DNA from: a virus | DNA: 64,000 nt | Direction: 5' to 3' (one strand) | IMG/VR virus record: IMGVR_UViG_3300037247_000810 | Span: 39,460-103,459 of that record | Shown: piece by piece, positions 16,385 to 26,829 of the stretch | Layout of the letters: the number at the start of each line of letters is the position of its first letter | Position numbering within the stretch: the first letter of the stretch is position 1 | The notes under the pieces: model-generated | The model's database searches: none | Told to the model about the DNA's origin: nothing | What the model saw: the letters and a program-made list of their open reading frames with translations, nothing else | Position numbers and translations under genes: made by a program

Positions 16385-16690
16385 GTGGAAGGGCTGGTAC
16401 GCTGGTATCGCCCGCCAGGGCTCTACGGAGCTCTGGTACGCCGACCGCCACCCGTCAGCCCCTTCCACCTTGACAAACGAATAGCGGTCAACGCGGGCGA
16501 TGGGCGCGGGAGATTCCTTCCCGTAGGCGGTTCGGTAGGTGTGTTCCCTCTCTCCTCTCCCGCCCCCATCGCTCCCGTTGACCGTAGCGCAGGCGTCCGG
16601 CGCATCGAACGGACGCGAGCCAGCGACCGCCCACGGCGGCGTCGGGAAGACCGGGAGCTTCTAAGGGAGCCCGCCCCCCCCCCGCGCGAC
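16385..16690 (+). ncRNA. putative structured ncRNA
   Basis: long stems GTGGAAGGG/CCCTTCCAC and CGGTCAACG..GCGATGGG..CGGGAGA / TCTCCCG..CCCATCGC..CGTTGACCG directly after the promoter. Confidence 0.45.
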
Positions 16691-16699
16691 TAGAACAGG

Positions 16700-17370
16700 T
16701 GAGCTACAGGGGCCAAATACACTATTGCACTAGAGCGGTCACAATTTCACTATGGGGCCAGCGGTCACTATGGGGCCAGCGGTCACTATCAACGAGGCGG
16801 GCCAACTATGGCCGCTATCGCTCGCCAGGGCCAGCGATGGCCTACAAGGGAGCAGGGAGCGGAGCCGGGGCCAGGAATGGCCCGTGGGCCAAACTTGCGG
16901 CGCGGGGCCAGGGAGCAGGGAGCTCGGCCAGGGAGCCCATACCGGAGCAGGGAGCCGGGCCAAGGGGAAGGAAGCGGCCGCCGGTACGTCGCCGGGCCAG
17001 ACACTCGGCCGCCGGGCCGGGGCCAGTCCTCCGCTCCCTGCTCCCTGCTCCCTTGGCGGGCCAGAACGTGGCAGTGATTTCGCCAGCACTATCGTTCAAC
17101 GTAGACGTCCCCGGCGGGCCAGGGAGCTTTGGGGGCGGGCAGATTCTGAGGTGGCGGCCGGGCCAGGGAGCAGGATCACCCACCGTTCCCCATTTTCCCC
17201 CACGCTCACCCTTGCACCCCGTCCCAGACTACCGGGCCAGGATCGGGCCAGTAGCTCTCGCCTGTGACCCTCCAAAGCCCCTTCCCTGGAAAGGCTCCAA
17301 AGCCCCTCAAAGGGGCCAGTGAGTGGAAAGCCCCTCGAAAGGCTGTCCGGCGCAGGCGGAAAGCCCCTGG
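16700..17370. repeat. non-coding repeat region (CACTATGGGGCCAGCGGT x2, GGGAGCA arrays, AAAGCCCCT x4)
   Basis: read directly; overlapping ORFs are low-complexity. Confidence 0.75.
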
Positions 17371-17394
17371 TATGCTGGCATCGGGCAATCCCCC

Positions 17395-17422
17395 TTCAGG
17401 AATGGGGCAACGTGCCGATACT
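17395..17422 (+). promoter_or_regulatory. sigma28-like promoter
   Basis: TTCA-N15-GCCGATACT. Confidence 0.6.
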
Positions 17423-17684
17423 TATGGTAGACCAATGGTGCGGGCTAAGGCGGTAGTCTGCGCCCATATAGCTTGTACTGAGAGGAGGGGCCAATATGAG
17501 ACAGACGGGACAGGGCCACAAGTGCGCGAGGTACATCAATGCACGGGGCGAGATGATCGACCCCGCGAAGCAGAACGGTATCGGCTGTCGGGTCTGCTGC
17601 GCGCCGGACGGCAGAGTGAGCTAGGAAGGAGGGCCACAAGATGCTAATCATCTACCAGGCAACGCTAACCATCACTTAGAGGGC

Positions 17685-17712
17685 TTCAGATTCCCGGCGG
17701 GCGGTCGATACT
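17685..17712 (+). promoter_or_regulatory. sigma28-like promoter
   Basis: TTCA-N15-GTCGATACT. Confidence 0.5.
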
Positions 17713-17819
17713 ACCAGTGAAGGGGTGTAACGCTAGGGGTGCTACCGCGTTCCACATTATAGAGGGATCGGCAGTCCGGTCGAAGGATTGACCCAAGCAG
17801 AAGGAGGGCCAAAAAAAAT

Positions 17820-18152
17820 ATGGTGAAGATCGGGACAACCAATAAGCCTACGATCATAAGCAAGGGCGGAACCCATTACATCCAATGCAACGGGCGGACA
17901 CACGTGGTGTTACCCTATGACGGGTACACGCGGATTGATGGCCCCTGCAAGGGCGCTGGCGATTCGCGGCATCACGATGACTATCTCACCATGATGCTGG
18001 CCGCAGACCGGCTAATGACTGGTCTAACCCAGGATCACGCGGACGCGGCGCAACGTGCGCTTGATCTGTTCGAGGAAACGATAGGCTGCCCGACAGGTGG
18101 CAAGTGCGTGGACGCGGAAGCGGAAGTCTGCAACCGCTGCCAGGGAGCCTAG
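17820..18152 (+). CDS. hypothetical protein
   Basis: AAGGAGG RBS. Confidence 0.65.
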   Translation: MVKIGTTNKPTIISKGGTHYIQCNGRTHVVLPYDGYTRIDGPCKGAGDSRHHDDYLTMMLAADRLMTGLTQDHADAAQRALDLFEETIGCPTGGKCVDAEAEVCNRCQGA

Positions 18153-18579
18153 TATGCGGCACCTGGCTGTAAAAGAAGGGCCAAGCATGAGACATAACCC
18201 GAAGGCGATGGCACAGGTTCTCACAGTCGAAGGCTTCCTTCGCTGGTGCGAGGGCAAACCACTGAACGCGCAGGACTTCAAGAGCCAAGTATGAAGTACA
18301 GCAATAAGGTTGACATGGGGACTCTCTGCGAATGCGGTGCCCCACTACGTGAGCATCGAGGTACGGCGGCTCAATGTCCACCTCTCAACGACTTTGGGCA
18401 GACGTTCCGGCCAGCCGACAAGGGCATCGCCCAGAAGGAGGGCCAAGCACGAGCATGAGCAATCAATTATGGATAGCCGAGACACGGAATGGGGCCACGG
18501 TGGGCTGGCTCGTCATAGACAAGCGGACGGGCCAAATCGTGCGCGCCATTCGCTACGCAGATCGATAGGAGGGCCAAGC

Positions 18580-18963
18580 ATGAGAACATACGAGCAACTG
18601 GCAGAAACCGAGCCGGAGCACGACTTCCGACTCGAAGGCGAAGGGCCAATGACCTCGGTATTCCGGCTGATCCCGCTGACCACCGTGGCCAAGGTGTGGG
18701 TCGCGCTGAACGTGGGCGAGGGCGGAGAAGACTTCCAGCCCGACTACCCTACGCTCTACGTGGAGCACAGGTATATCGAGCCCCTGCTAGAAGGCATCGG
18801 CGAGGCGGGCTTGACCGTCAATGTCATAGAGCGGGCGGTAGCCGCTAGCACGCCGGGCAGCGCACGCTTGTGCCAGCACTGTAACGAGCCGGTCGCTGGT
18901 GCTGGCACCTGCCCACATTGCGGGCTACAGGCGGCGCGTGAAACTTACCACGGAAGGGCCTAG
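18580..18963 (+). CDS. hypothetical protein with C-terminal Zn ribbon
   Basis: LYVEHRY motif; CQHC/CPHC; RBS repeat. Confidence 0.65.
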   Translation: MRTYEQLAETEPEHDFRLEGEGPMTSVFRLIPLTTVAKVWVALNVGEGGEDFQPDYPTLYVEHRYIEPLLEGIGEAGLTVNVIERAVAASTPGSARLCQHCNEPVAGAGTCPHCGLQAARETYHGRA

Positions 18964-19326
18964 CATGACGGTACATTCACACGCCCCATGCCAGGACTGC
19001 GGAGAGATGCGGGCGATCATGCCCACGACGGGCCAAGACGGCACCAAGAAGGCCAAGCGGTGTGCGCCCTGCCTGCGGAAACTGCGCGGGCGACCGCCCA
19101 TCGTAAGCCAAGATGATCGCCGCCTGCAAAAACTAGCGGAGAAGCACAAGAGAGAGGAGGCCAAGGCGTGACGTACAAGATCATCCGGTTCCGGCTCAAT
19201 AGCAGCTCGCGCACCATCAAGCGGGGCCTGAGTCTGGAAGAGGCACAGGCACACTGCAAGCGGGAAGACACCCACGGGCCAGGTTGGTTCGACGGGTATG
19301 ACCAGGAATAGGGAGGAGGGCCAAGA

Positions 19327-20400
19327 ATGAGTAAAACCAACGCACAGGTGCAAGAGGCATTCGGCCAGGGTAAGGCGGCCAGCAACAGTCGGGCCACGCT
19401 AGAGAGCAGGGCTCCATTCAACGAGCCTAACTATACGTTCCTAACGTCCTACCAAACCACTATCGCCATCCGTCGGGCCAAAGATGGGGCTGAATTCCAC
19501 GATGCCCATCACTACAGCCCGACAACGAGCCAGCATCAGCGGGGCCACTATGACCAGCCCAACTTCAGTTTCGATTGCGTTGCGGAGCTAATAGGGCCTC
19601 GCTGGTATGAGACGGCGCACATCCTGGACTGGGGGCCAAGGCAGTGCTCCAACCCTGAGTGCCAACGGGAGCGCGACGTCCAAGGCGAAGCCTTCCGCGT
19701 TGGCCTTATGAAGTGGTACGGCGACATCTTCAGCAAATGCTGGGGCCTGGGCGACCCGCAGGATCGGCACGATGTCACGATCCCCGCCTACACCAACGGG
19801 CATTGGCCTCACGTCGCCGCCGTCCTGCTGTCGTTTGACAGCAGGGGCCAGCAGGTGCTCTGCGGCTTCGAGCGGGGCAAGGCACTACCGCCCTTCGGCC
19901 GCACTGACCAGTTGTGGGCGACCATCCTGCCGTTCCGCGTACATGACGTGGTGCAGGCGTTCGAGGCGCTAAAGCCCTCTTACGTGCGGAACGCCGAGCA
20001 CAGCAACGCCATCGGCCAAACCGCCGAACCGCGCATACGCGCCGAAGAGGTGCCCACAGTGGCCATCCATCGGCAAGGCGACCTGTACTTTGTCGAATGC
20101 CCCAACGGGCACGGGCCACCGAAGGCAGCCGTCAAGCTGGACGGGGCAACGCTCCCGCCGGGGGAGCGCGCCAGTCACCAGGCCAACCAAGTGCGCGTAG
20201 TATTCGGTGATGACGCGGCGCAAGCATTTCACGCGGGCACGGGTGTATGGCGCATCTGGGCCAAGGGCAACGTCGATCACCCTGAGCACGCCCGCCTGCG
20301 CCTGAAGGGATGGCACCGCGTCCTACAGTCGGCGGCGGTACGCGGCGCGTCTAGCGCCTACAGGCACCCAATGGGCGGTGGAAGCGTAGGCATCGACTGA
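19327..20400 (+). CDS. phage hypothetical protein with RQGD/HPEH domain
   Basis: 357 aa; HRQGDLYF..HPEHARLRL motif; RBS repeat. Confidence 0.7.
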   Translation: MSKTNAQVQEAFGQGKAASNSRATLESRAPFNEPNYTFLTSYQTTIAIRRAKDGAEFHDAHHYSPTTSQHQRGHYDQPNFSFDCVAELIGPRWYETAHILDWGPRQCSNPECQRERDVQGEAFRVGLMKWYGDIFSKCWGLGDPQDRHDVTIPAYTNGHWPHVAAVLLSFDSRGQQVLCGFERGKALPPFGRTDQLWATILPFRVHDVVQAFEALKPSYVRNAEHSNAIGQTAEPRIRAEEVPTVAIHRQGDLYFVECPNGHGPPKAAVKLDGATLPPGERASHQANQVRVVFGDDAAQAFHAGTGVWRIWAKGNVDHPEHARLRLKGWHRVLQSAAVRGASSAYRHPMGGGSVGID

Positions 20401-20645
20401 TGGCTAGTGATGAGCACATGGTCAAGTTCGGTACGCTACACCCTGACGAGTCGCTAACGAACGTCCGGCACATCCCCCAAGCGGACATCGGGGCCTGCCC
20501 GCACGCGATCTTCCATCCCGATCATTACCGGCTTGACGGTACATGCAGGTGCGACGACCCCGACGAGAGGGCCAAGATGATCGCGGAGTGGGGTTATGAA
20601 GCCAGCGACTTCGAGGGGCCAACAAGAGAGGAGGCCAAGGCATGA
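20400..20645 (+). CDS. hypothetical protein
   Basis: CPH..HY..GTCRC; coupled start. Confidence 0.65.
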   Translation: MASDEHMVKFGTLHPDESLTNVRHIPQADIGACPHAIFHPDHYRLDGTCRCDDPDERAKMIAEWGYEASDFEGPTREEAKA

Positions 20646-20837
20646 CAAACAGGAGCTATCTCAAAAACATGCTGCGCTGTATTGAGGCATGGCTCGGCAC
20701 GGCGGAGCGTTACTGCGGCGATGAGCGAACCCTCGGTAACGTCCTAGAGCACATCAAGGCGGCCCAGAGACAAGTACACGCCGCCGAGGAGGCCGAGGTC
20801 AGCGACTTCGAGGGGCCAACGAGAGAGGAGGCCAAGG
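20603..20837 (+). repeat. 38-bp direct repeat (20603-20640 and 20800-20837, 1 mismatch)
   Basis: CAGCGACTTCGAGGGGCCAAC(A/G)AGAGAGGAGGCCAAGG. Confidence 0.9.
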
Positions 20838-21349
20838 TAAGAGAATACTACACGCTAGTCGACCGGGACGTCGGGAAGAATTGGCTGTTGGCCTTCGAGC
20901 AGACGTGGTTGGTCAGCGACTTCATGGGCCGAATACTGCCGACCGATGTGGGCAAGCGGGTCTACCAACAGGGCGACGTACTCCAAATCGAGAGCAATAA
21001 TCAACGCTCACGCCGCTTTGGGATATGGCCTTGGTGCGAGTGTATGGACACACTCTGTCGCGCAACGATCGCGGATACTGGCCATCATCCGGCGAGCGGA
21101 CGCCCACCAGCGGTCGGCTGCGGCCAGCCTGCGGTCATGCGCCTATTCCAAGTGACCATGCTCCAAGTGACTATAATGGTGCATAGGACACTGCTCGTGG
21201 AAGGCAAGCCAATCGCCTTCTGCGAGCCATGCGGGGACAATGCTCTGCAATCGGGCGCGTTCGCCACCAGTGAGGACACGGCGGCTGCGCTGCGGGCAGA
21301 AGAAGTCCATTACATCACACACGGCTACCCGCCGGAAGAGGGCCAGTGA
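20642..21349 (+). CDS. hypothetical protein, probable cassette fusion
   Basis: contains an internal copy of the RBS repeat. Confidence 0.55.
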   Translation: MTNRSYLKNMLRCIEAWLGTAERYCGDERTLGNVLEHIKAAQRQVHAAEEAEVSDFEGPTREEAKVREYYTLVDRDVGKNWLLAFEQTWLVSDFMGRILPTDVGKRVYQQGDVLQIESNNQRSRRFGIWPWCECMDTLCRATIADTGHHPASGRPPAVGCGQPAVMRLFQVTMLQVTIMVHRTLLVEGKPIAFCEPCGDNALQSGAFATSEDTAAALRAEEVHYITHGYPPEEGQ

Positions 21350-22157
21350 TGGACGGGGCACCGCAGATTATGAGGCTGGCCGAAGCGGTACTTCGCTCCG
21401 GTGACGTTGAGGAAGCAGAGCGGGCTTTCGCCGCATTGGCCGCCGCCGATATTCACGCAGCGAACGACCTGGCCCGCGTCCTAATTCGAGCCATACCTCA
21501 GTCGGGGCCAATGTGGACGGCCATCTTACGTCAAGCGATGACCAGCCAACTGGTCGATCAGTACAACCAGGAACAAGAGCAGCCCAAGCCAATAGACTGG
21601 GGTCAAACGGACGCGGCGGACACTGCCGATGGGATAGCCGCTCGGATGGGATGGCGGGATGTGGAGCGCCAAGGGGCATGAGGAAGCTGATCTACGCCGT
21701 AACACTGGCGCTAGCACTCTGTGCCATCGCCCAGGAGCTAGCAAGGGCGGGGGCATGAGAGCTTGTAACGTTTGGGACGGTGGCGGCGTTATACAGTTGA
21801 GGGTGCAGCGCAGGCAGTGGGCTGCTGCCCGCCGCTCCCCTCACTCCTACCGAGCGGCACGGATGCCGCGACGGGGCCAAGAGCGGGGTGCCCCGTCGCC
21901 GGTCAGCAGTTTCGTGGCCAAGTCGTCTCAGCTTGGCCCGCCTTCCTTCCTGCTGATCGGCGACAGGCCACCCGGCCCGAATCTTACAGAAGGGGGTGAT
22001 CAGTATGGGCATAACGGAGTACACGCGCTGGTGGATTACGCATCCCTGGCACGTGACGGGCACGCCAGAGAGCGGTAAGGTGCCGCCGGACTGTGATTGT
22101 GATACCTGCACGGAGAAGCGAGCCAGGGCTGCTAGGCCCTAGAGAGGAGGCCAAGAT

Positions 22158-22520
22158 ATGACGGAGTACCTAGACCTGCTGGATTTGGCCGAGGAATTGG
22201 CCGATCTGAAGGAACGAACGGAGTCGGAGGATGATCCGCTGGACGATGCCGATAAGGAACGGCTGGCCGCCTTGGTCGAGCTAGAGGGCCAACTGTGCAC
22301 CGACATAGCGGATTACGCCTCGAACGAGCAGATGTTGATCCCCGAAGAGGAGTTCGAGGACTACGCCCAGGAGTTTGCTTACGACGTGGACTTCGCGTCG
22401 CGGGCCGATGATAACCCGTTGCACGCATTCATCGACTGGGCGGGGTGGGCCAACTACATCAAGGACGACTACACCGAGGTCACGTTTGAGGGCCAGACCT
22501 ACCTGATTCGAGCTTACTAG
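22158..22520 (+). CDS. ArdA-like acidic antirestriction DNA mimic
   Basis: very acidic; EDYAQEFAYD..NPLHAFIDWAGWA resembles the ArdA C-terminal domain. Confidence 0.55.
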   Translation: MTEYLDLLDLAEELADLKERTESEDDPLDDADKERLAALVELEGQLCTDIADYASNEQMLIPEEEFEDYAQEFAYDVDFASRADDNPLHAFIDWAGWANYIKDDYTEVTFEGQTYLIRAY

Positions 22521-22534
22521 AGAGGAGGCCAGAT

Positions 22535-23077
22535 ATGGCAAGACAGCAGTTTGAACGAGGCCAGACGGTCTACGTACACCGCTACAGTGGCCGTTGGCAG
22601 AAGGCAATCGTGGCCGACCCGGACATCGTGAAGATGTCCCCCGGCTGGCACGGCAAGAAGCGGGCCATCAACTACGTCGGGGTCAACTACGTTGATATGG
22701 TCGGCGTCGACCGCCAGTGGGACATACTGAACAACCGGCTGCGTATCATCACCGAAGAGGAGAACGCGAAGCTCGACCGGGCCAAGGACATCGGCAAGCT
22801 GCACCAGATCATCGCCGACTACCGCGCCTTCGAGACGAATTTCGCCAAGTACGTCGAGCAGGCCAGAATCATCCTTGAGGAACAAGTCACCAAGGCTGGC
22901 CTGGACGACATCGACGAGTTGGCCCACTACCTGCGCGGGACGTTCAGCTTCCGAGGCGACTACAGCCGCTTGACGCGGGGCGAGGTGCGGAAGGTGCGTG
23001 CCGACAAGCGGACGGAAGCGCAGGCGGCACAGGTGACGCTACAGGTGCTAGGCGAGCCGCCGCCGGAGCTACCCTAG
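22535..23077 (+). CDS. hypothetical protein
   Basis: RBS repeat; 180 aa. Confidence 0.7.
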   Translation: MARQQFERGQTVYVHRYSGRWQKAIVADPDIVKMSPGWHGKKRAINYVGVNYVDMVGVDRQWDILNNRLRIITEEENAKLDRAKDIGKLHQIIADYRAFETNFAKYVEQARIILEEQVTKAGLDDIDELAHYLRGTFSFRGDYSRLTRGEVRKVRADKRTEAQAAQVTLQVLGEPPPELP

Positions 23078-23324
23078 ATGTCTATCGATGATGACGACAC
23101 CTGCGTAACACTAACTCAAGAAGAGTTGGATGCTCTGATTGAGAAAGAGTGTCAGCGGTCGCTAGGTATCTCCCGTGAGACGTTCATCCAGCGATACAAT
23201 GATGGGACGTTCAGACGCGAGGGCAACGGCTGCATATGCTGTGCTCGTGATGGCAAGGTGCGAAGCATCTCAATATGGTTCGGCATAAGCGGACGAGAAG
23301 AGTTGAACGAGGAGGCCCGCACCC

Positions 23325-23750
23325 ATGACCAATGAAATCGAGCGGATGTTCGAGCAAGAGGGCCATCGGCTGAAGGCGGCCATAGGACGGCTGAATGAGA
23401 TCGGGGCCTTTGGTGGCCAGGTCTGCGAGGCGGTGGACGAATACGGGTGGGAGCTAATGTGCGATACCTGGGCCGCGTCGGCGAACTTCAGCGACGCCTA
23501 TGGAGCGGGCGACGCGGACGAGCCGGGCCAAAAAGCCAACGTCACGGTGTTCTGCGCCGCACTCGGCGGACGACTATTGCCCACGTTCGTCCCCCATAAC
23601 TATACGGCAGAATGCTGGTGCGATCTGACCAACGGCGAGGGTAAGGAAGAGCTACTTATGCGGCTGGACGATCTGGAAGAGTGCCTAGAATCCTTCGCCG
23701 AGGCCATCAAGGAAAACCTGGCCGCGCTAGAGCGGGAAGGGGCCTTGTAG
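23325..23750 (+). CDS. acidic hypothetical protein
   Basis: GAGGAGG RBS; PHNYT motif. Confidence 0.65.
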   Translation: MTNEIERMFEQEGHRLKAAIGRLNEIGAFGGQVCEAVDEYGWELMCDTWAASANFSDAYGAGDADEPGQKANVTVFCAALGGRLLPTFVPHNYTAECWCDLTNGEGKEELLMRLDDLEECLESFAEAIKENLAALEREGAL

Positions 23751-24086
23751 TCCGATGGAATCGCCTGCCCCTGCTGACTGCCTGCCGATCCGCATCGGGG
23801 CCTTCATGTCGAAGGGCGCAATGCTGTGTGGGGGCTGCGGGATAGTACACCAACAAGAGCCACACCCGCAGCCTAACTGCCGGTTCCTGATGTTGATCTA
23901 TATGCCAGTTATGGAACGGGCCGCGCCCGCGATGGCCCGTTCTATGCCATTCATCGGTGGCCCGCGCACACCGCCGGTCGAGATCGCCCACGTGTCGATG
24001 GCCAGCCACCCAGCGGTACAGCATCTCATGAGATTCCTGCATTGGAATTAGCGGTCGTGGTCGTGAATCTGATTCACTATTGGGGG

Positions 24087-24114
24087 TTCAGGGCCAGAAA
24101 TTGCTGCCGATACT
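24087..24114 (+). promoter_or_regulatory. sigma28-like promoter
   Basis: TTCA-N15-GCCGATACT. Confidence 0.6.
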
Positions 24115-24132
24115 ATCACTGAAAGGGGGTCG

Positions 24133-24834
24133 ATGACTATGCCACGAAAGTCGTCAAAGGGTTCAAAGTACCCACAGCCAAGCCTGCCAATCGTCAAACT
24201 GGACAATGTGCCAGGGCCGGAAGATGACGTCGGTGCACTCAGAGCCCACTACCAGCAAGTGCAAAACGCTTTCGCCACACATCGATACGATGATGTGATC
24301 CAGGCTTGCCATTGGTGCCTCGATATGGAAGCGGGCCTAGGCTACTCCAAGACGGATGAGACCAGGGGCACGCGGATGTTCTGTTCGGGCCGATGCGCCA
24401 GCGCCTACTGCGCCTATCAGGTGAAGGTGTTGCACTGCGACAAGAAGGCGCAGCAGCAAGCTCGCCCACCGGAGGACGAGGGCGACGATCCAGCAGACGA
24501 CGCCAGCGAGGCCCCACCAGAACCAGCACCGGAGCCGGAGGCCAACCCCGCCGAGGCGGGTCGGGCAGACTGGGCCAAGCGCGTGTCGGAGCAAACTCTA
24601 ACAGGCCGCAGGCGGCGCGTAAAGGATGTAACGACGGTCGTAGGCAAAGAGGGTACGGGAAAGACCACCGCCCGCAAACCACGGGCCGGCAAGCCGAAAC
24701 GCACCGATGACAAATGCCCGAAGGGCCTGCATGAGATGACGCCGGAGAATCGGTACGAGTACAAGGGCACCGTCTGGTGCCGCGAGTGCCGGAAGGCCAG
24801 CCGCGCCAAGAGCAAGAACGGGGGGAGCAAGTGA
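24133..24834 (+). CDS. Zn-finger DNA-binding protein
   Basis: FCSGRC and CPKGLHEMTPEN..CRECRK; own promoter. Confidence 0.65.
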   Translation: MTMPRKSSKGSKYPQPSLPIVKLDNVPGPEDDVGALRAHYQQVQNAFATHRYDDVIQACHWCLDMEAGLGYSKTDETRGTRMFCSGRCASAYCAYQVKVLHCDKKAQQQARPPEDEGDDPADDASEAPPEPAPEPEANPAEAGRADWAKRVSEQTLTGRRRRVKDVTTVVGKEGTGKTTARKPRAGKPKRTDDKCPKGLHEMTPENRYEYKGTVWCRECRKASRAKSKNGGSK

Positions 24835-25388
24835 CAAGCACGGACGGACGGCCACGATTCTCGTTCTGGCGGCGATGGCTGCGTCGCCTCATTCTCACCA
24901 TCGCGCTAACCCGCTGTGTCCGATGCAAGGTGCGGGAAGCGGCCGGGCCAGACCTGCTTTGCGAGGAGTGTCTGACCGACCCGGACGTGCGGGAAAATTG
25001 GATTATGGACGATGACTGAAGCTCCGGCTTCGGTCGACCGTCAGCAGTAGCACGGGCGGCGGCCCGTTTCGGGCTAGTCACATCTGCTGACGGTCGACGG
25101 GAGCCGGAAGAGAAGGCTCTACGCCAGCAAGAAAGGGGTGAAGCGTATGGCAGAGATACAACGGTACGTGCTCGTGGGCTTGGATGATGTGGAAGGCGAT
25201 GAGGAGTACGCTACTCTTCACGATGCTATAGCTCATGCAAGAGTGCGCACCAGCACAGCCGTTATCAGCCGCACTTACGAGTACACCGACTCGGAGCTAG
25301 TGTGGACGCCAGACGATTCGGATATATGGCCGCCCACCAACGGCGAGGAGAAGTAGCGCGGCCCGCAGGGGCAGAGAGGAGTAAGCAT

Positions 25389-25670
25389 ATGGGATACTAC
25401 ATCGAGGTTCAGATTCCACACGGCAAGGCGCAGCAGTTGGTTGACCTATACGGCGCGACCATCCTGCCGCAGCGCCCCGAAGCATTCGAGGATGTGCCAG
25501 AAGGCCAAGCGCTCATCTGCGTCGTGGACAATCGCGCGTTCGAGGCGGCGGCACTCTGCTACTCCCGCGAGGAGTTCGAGGACTTCGCTGACCCAGACGA
25601 CCCGCGCCCGCGCACATGGCTGCTGATGGGGCGAGACGATGCGCACGAGTTAGCCGGGTACACCGGCTAG
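25389..25670 (+). CDS. hypothetical protein
   Basis: GAGGAG RBS; VVDN..FEAA..DDPRPRTW. Confidence 0.65.
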   Translation: MGYYIEVQIPHGKAQQLVDLYGATILPQRPEAFEDVPEGQALICVVDNRAFEAAALCYSREEFEDFADPDDPRPRTWLLMGRDDAHELAGYTG

Positions 25671-25683
25671 GAAGGAGGCCAAT

Positions 25684-26769
25684 ATGCCTGATGAATTCGA
25701 GAGTGGAGTGTACGCCCGCGAGCGAGCGTGGCACGGACACGGAACAGTGGTCGAAGGGGCTTTGACCACGAAGGAAGCGTTCGAGAAGTCGGGGCTGGAC
25801 TGGCCTGGTGGCGTCGAGAAGCGCCCGCTGTTCACGGTCGCAGCCAAGGTCGACCCGAACGCCAGGCCGGAGAGCCTAATCGACGCGGGGCATCCCCCGC
25901 TTGGCCGAATCGTCGGCCGCTCGGACAGCTTATCGAACCCGCTGTTCGTTCCCGAACAGAGTGCCGTTGTGCGCTGTATGGACAACGCCATCCTCGGCAC
26001 CGTCGGCCCCGCATACCAAGTGATTCAGAACGTGGCGATGTTCGATTTCCTGGACGCACTCACGGCCGGTGAGGACAAGGTGGCCAAATGGGAGTCCGCC
26101 GGTAGCCTGCGGGGTGGCCGCCACGTGTGGGCACTCCTCAACCTGCCGGACTCTGAGATCGTGGTGGGCAAGGATGACCGGCTGCTGCCGTACCTGCTCA
26201 TCACCAACGCCCACGATGGCAGCGCCGCCTGCCGTGTGATCCCAACGACCGTGCGTGTCGTCTGCATGAACACGCTGATGGCGGCCATCGCCGGAGAGTT
26301 CCGTGACCTGACCGTGAGCATCCGGCACACGGGGGATGTGGCCAACAAGATCGCCGAGGCCAAGCTGATGCTGGCCCAGGCGGCGACCATGTTCGGTGCC
26401 TTCGAGAAGGTGGCCAACGAGTTGGCGGCCACGCTCATCGACCGCAAGTCATTCGAGGCCGTGATCGAAGAGCTTTTCCCGACGCCGGAAGAGGATGCGA
26501 CGGACGCGGTGAAGACCCGCGTGGAGAACAACCGGACGTTGCTGGCCTCCTCGGTCGTCGAGGAAGTCAAGCTCCTGGCTGCGCCGGACATGACGTACTG
26601 GACGGTGCTGAACGGCGTAACGCGATTCGTCGACCACAGCCAGAAGGTGCAACTGCGCGGGCGCGAGGCCAGCGAGGCGCGGTTCGAGAACAGCTTTATC
26701 GGACGCGGCGCGGACTTCAAGGCCCGTGCAGCCTCGACGCTGATCGACCTGGCCCGCAAGGCGAGCTAG
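25684..26769 (+). CDS. DUF932 / TIGR03299 phage-plasmid protein
   Basis: AWHGHG, WESAGSLRGGR, NAHDGS, RVVCMNTL, RHTG. Confidence 0.85.
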   Translation: MPDEFESGVYARERAWHGHGTVVEGALTTKEAFEKSGLDWPGGVEKRPLFTVAAKVDPNARPESLIDAGHPPLGRIVGRSDSLSNPLFVPEQSAVVRCMDNAILGTVGPAYQVIQNVAMFDFLDALTAGEDKVAKWESAGSLRGGRHVWALLNLPDSEIVVGKDDRLLPYLLITNAHDGSAACRVIPTTVRVVCMNTLMAAIAGEFRDLTVSIRHTGDVANKIAEAKLMLAQAATMFGAFEKVANELAATLIDRKSFEAVIEELFPTPEEDATDAVKTRVENNRTLLASSVVEEVKLLAAPDMTYWTVLNGVTRFVDHSQKVQLRGREASEARFENSFIGRGADFKARAASTLIDLARKAS

Positions 26770-26829
26770 AGGATCGGACAGTGATTAGTGGGCGGGGGCC
26801 AATCCCCCCCGCCGGAAGGGAGAAGCAAC

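Noticed and set aside
16699-17322. ORFs in the repeat region
   Set aside because: low-complexity G/A/P/R translations open in several frames because of the repeats
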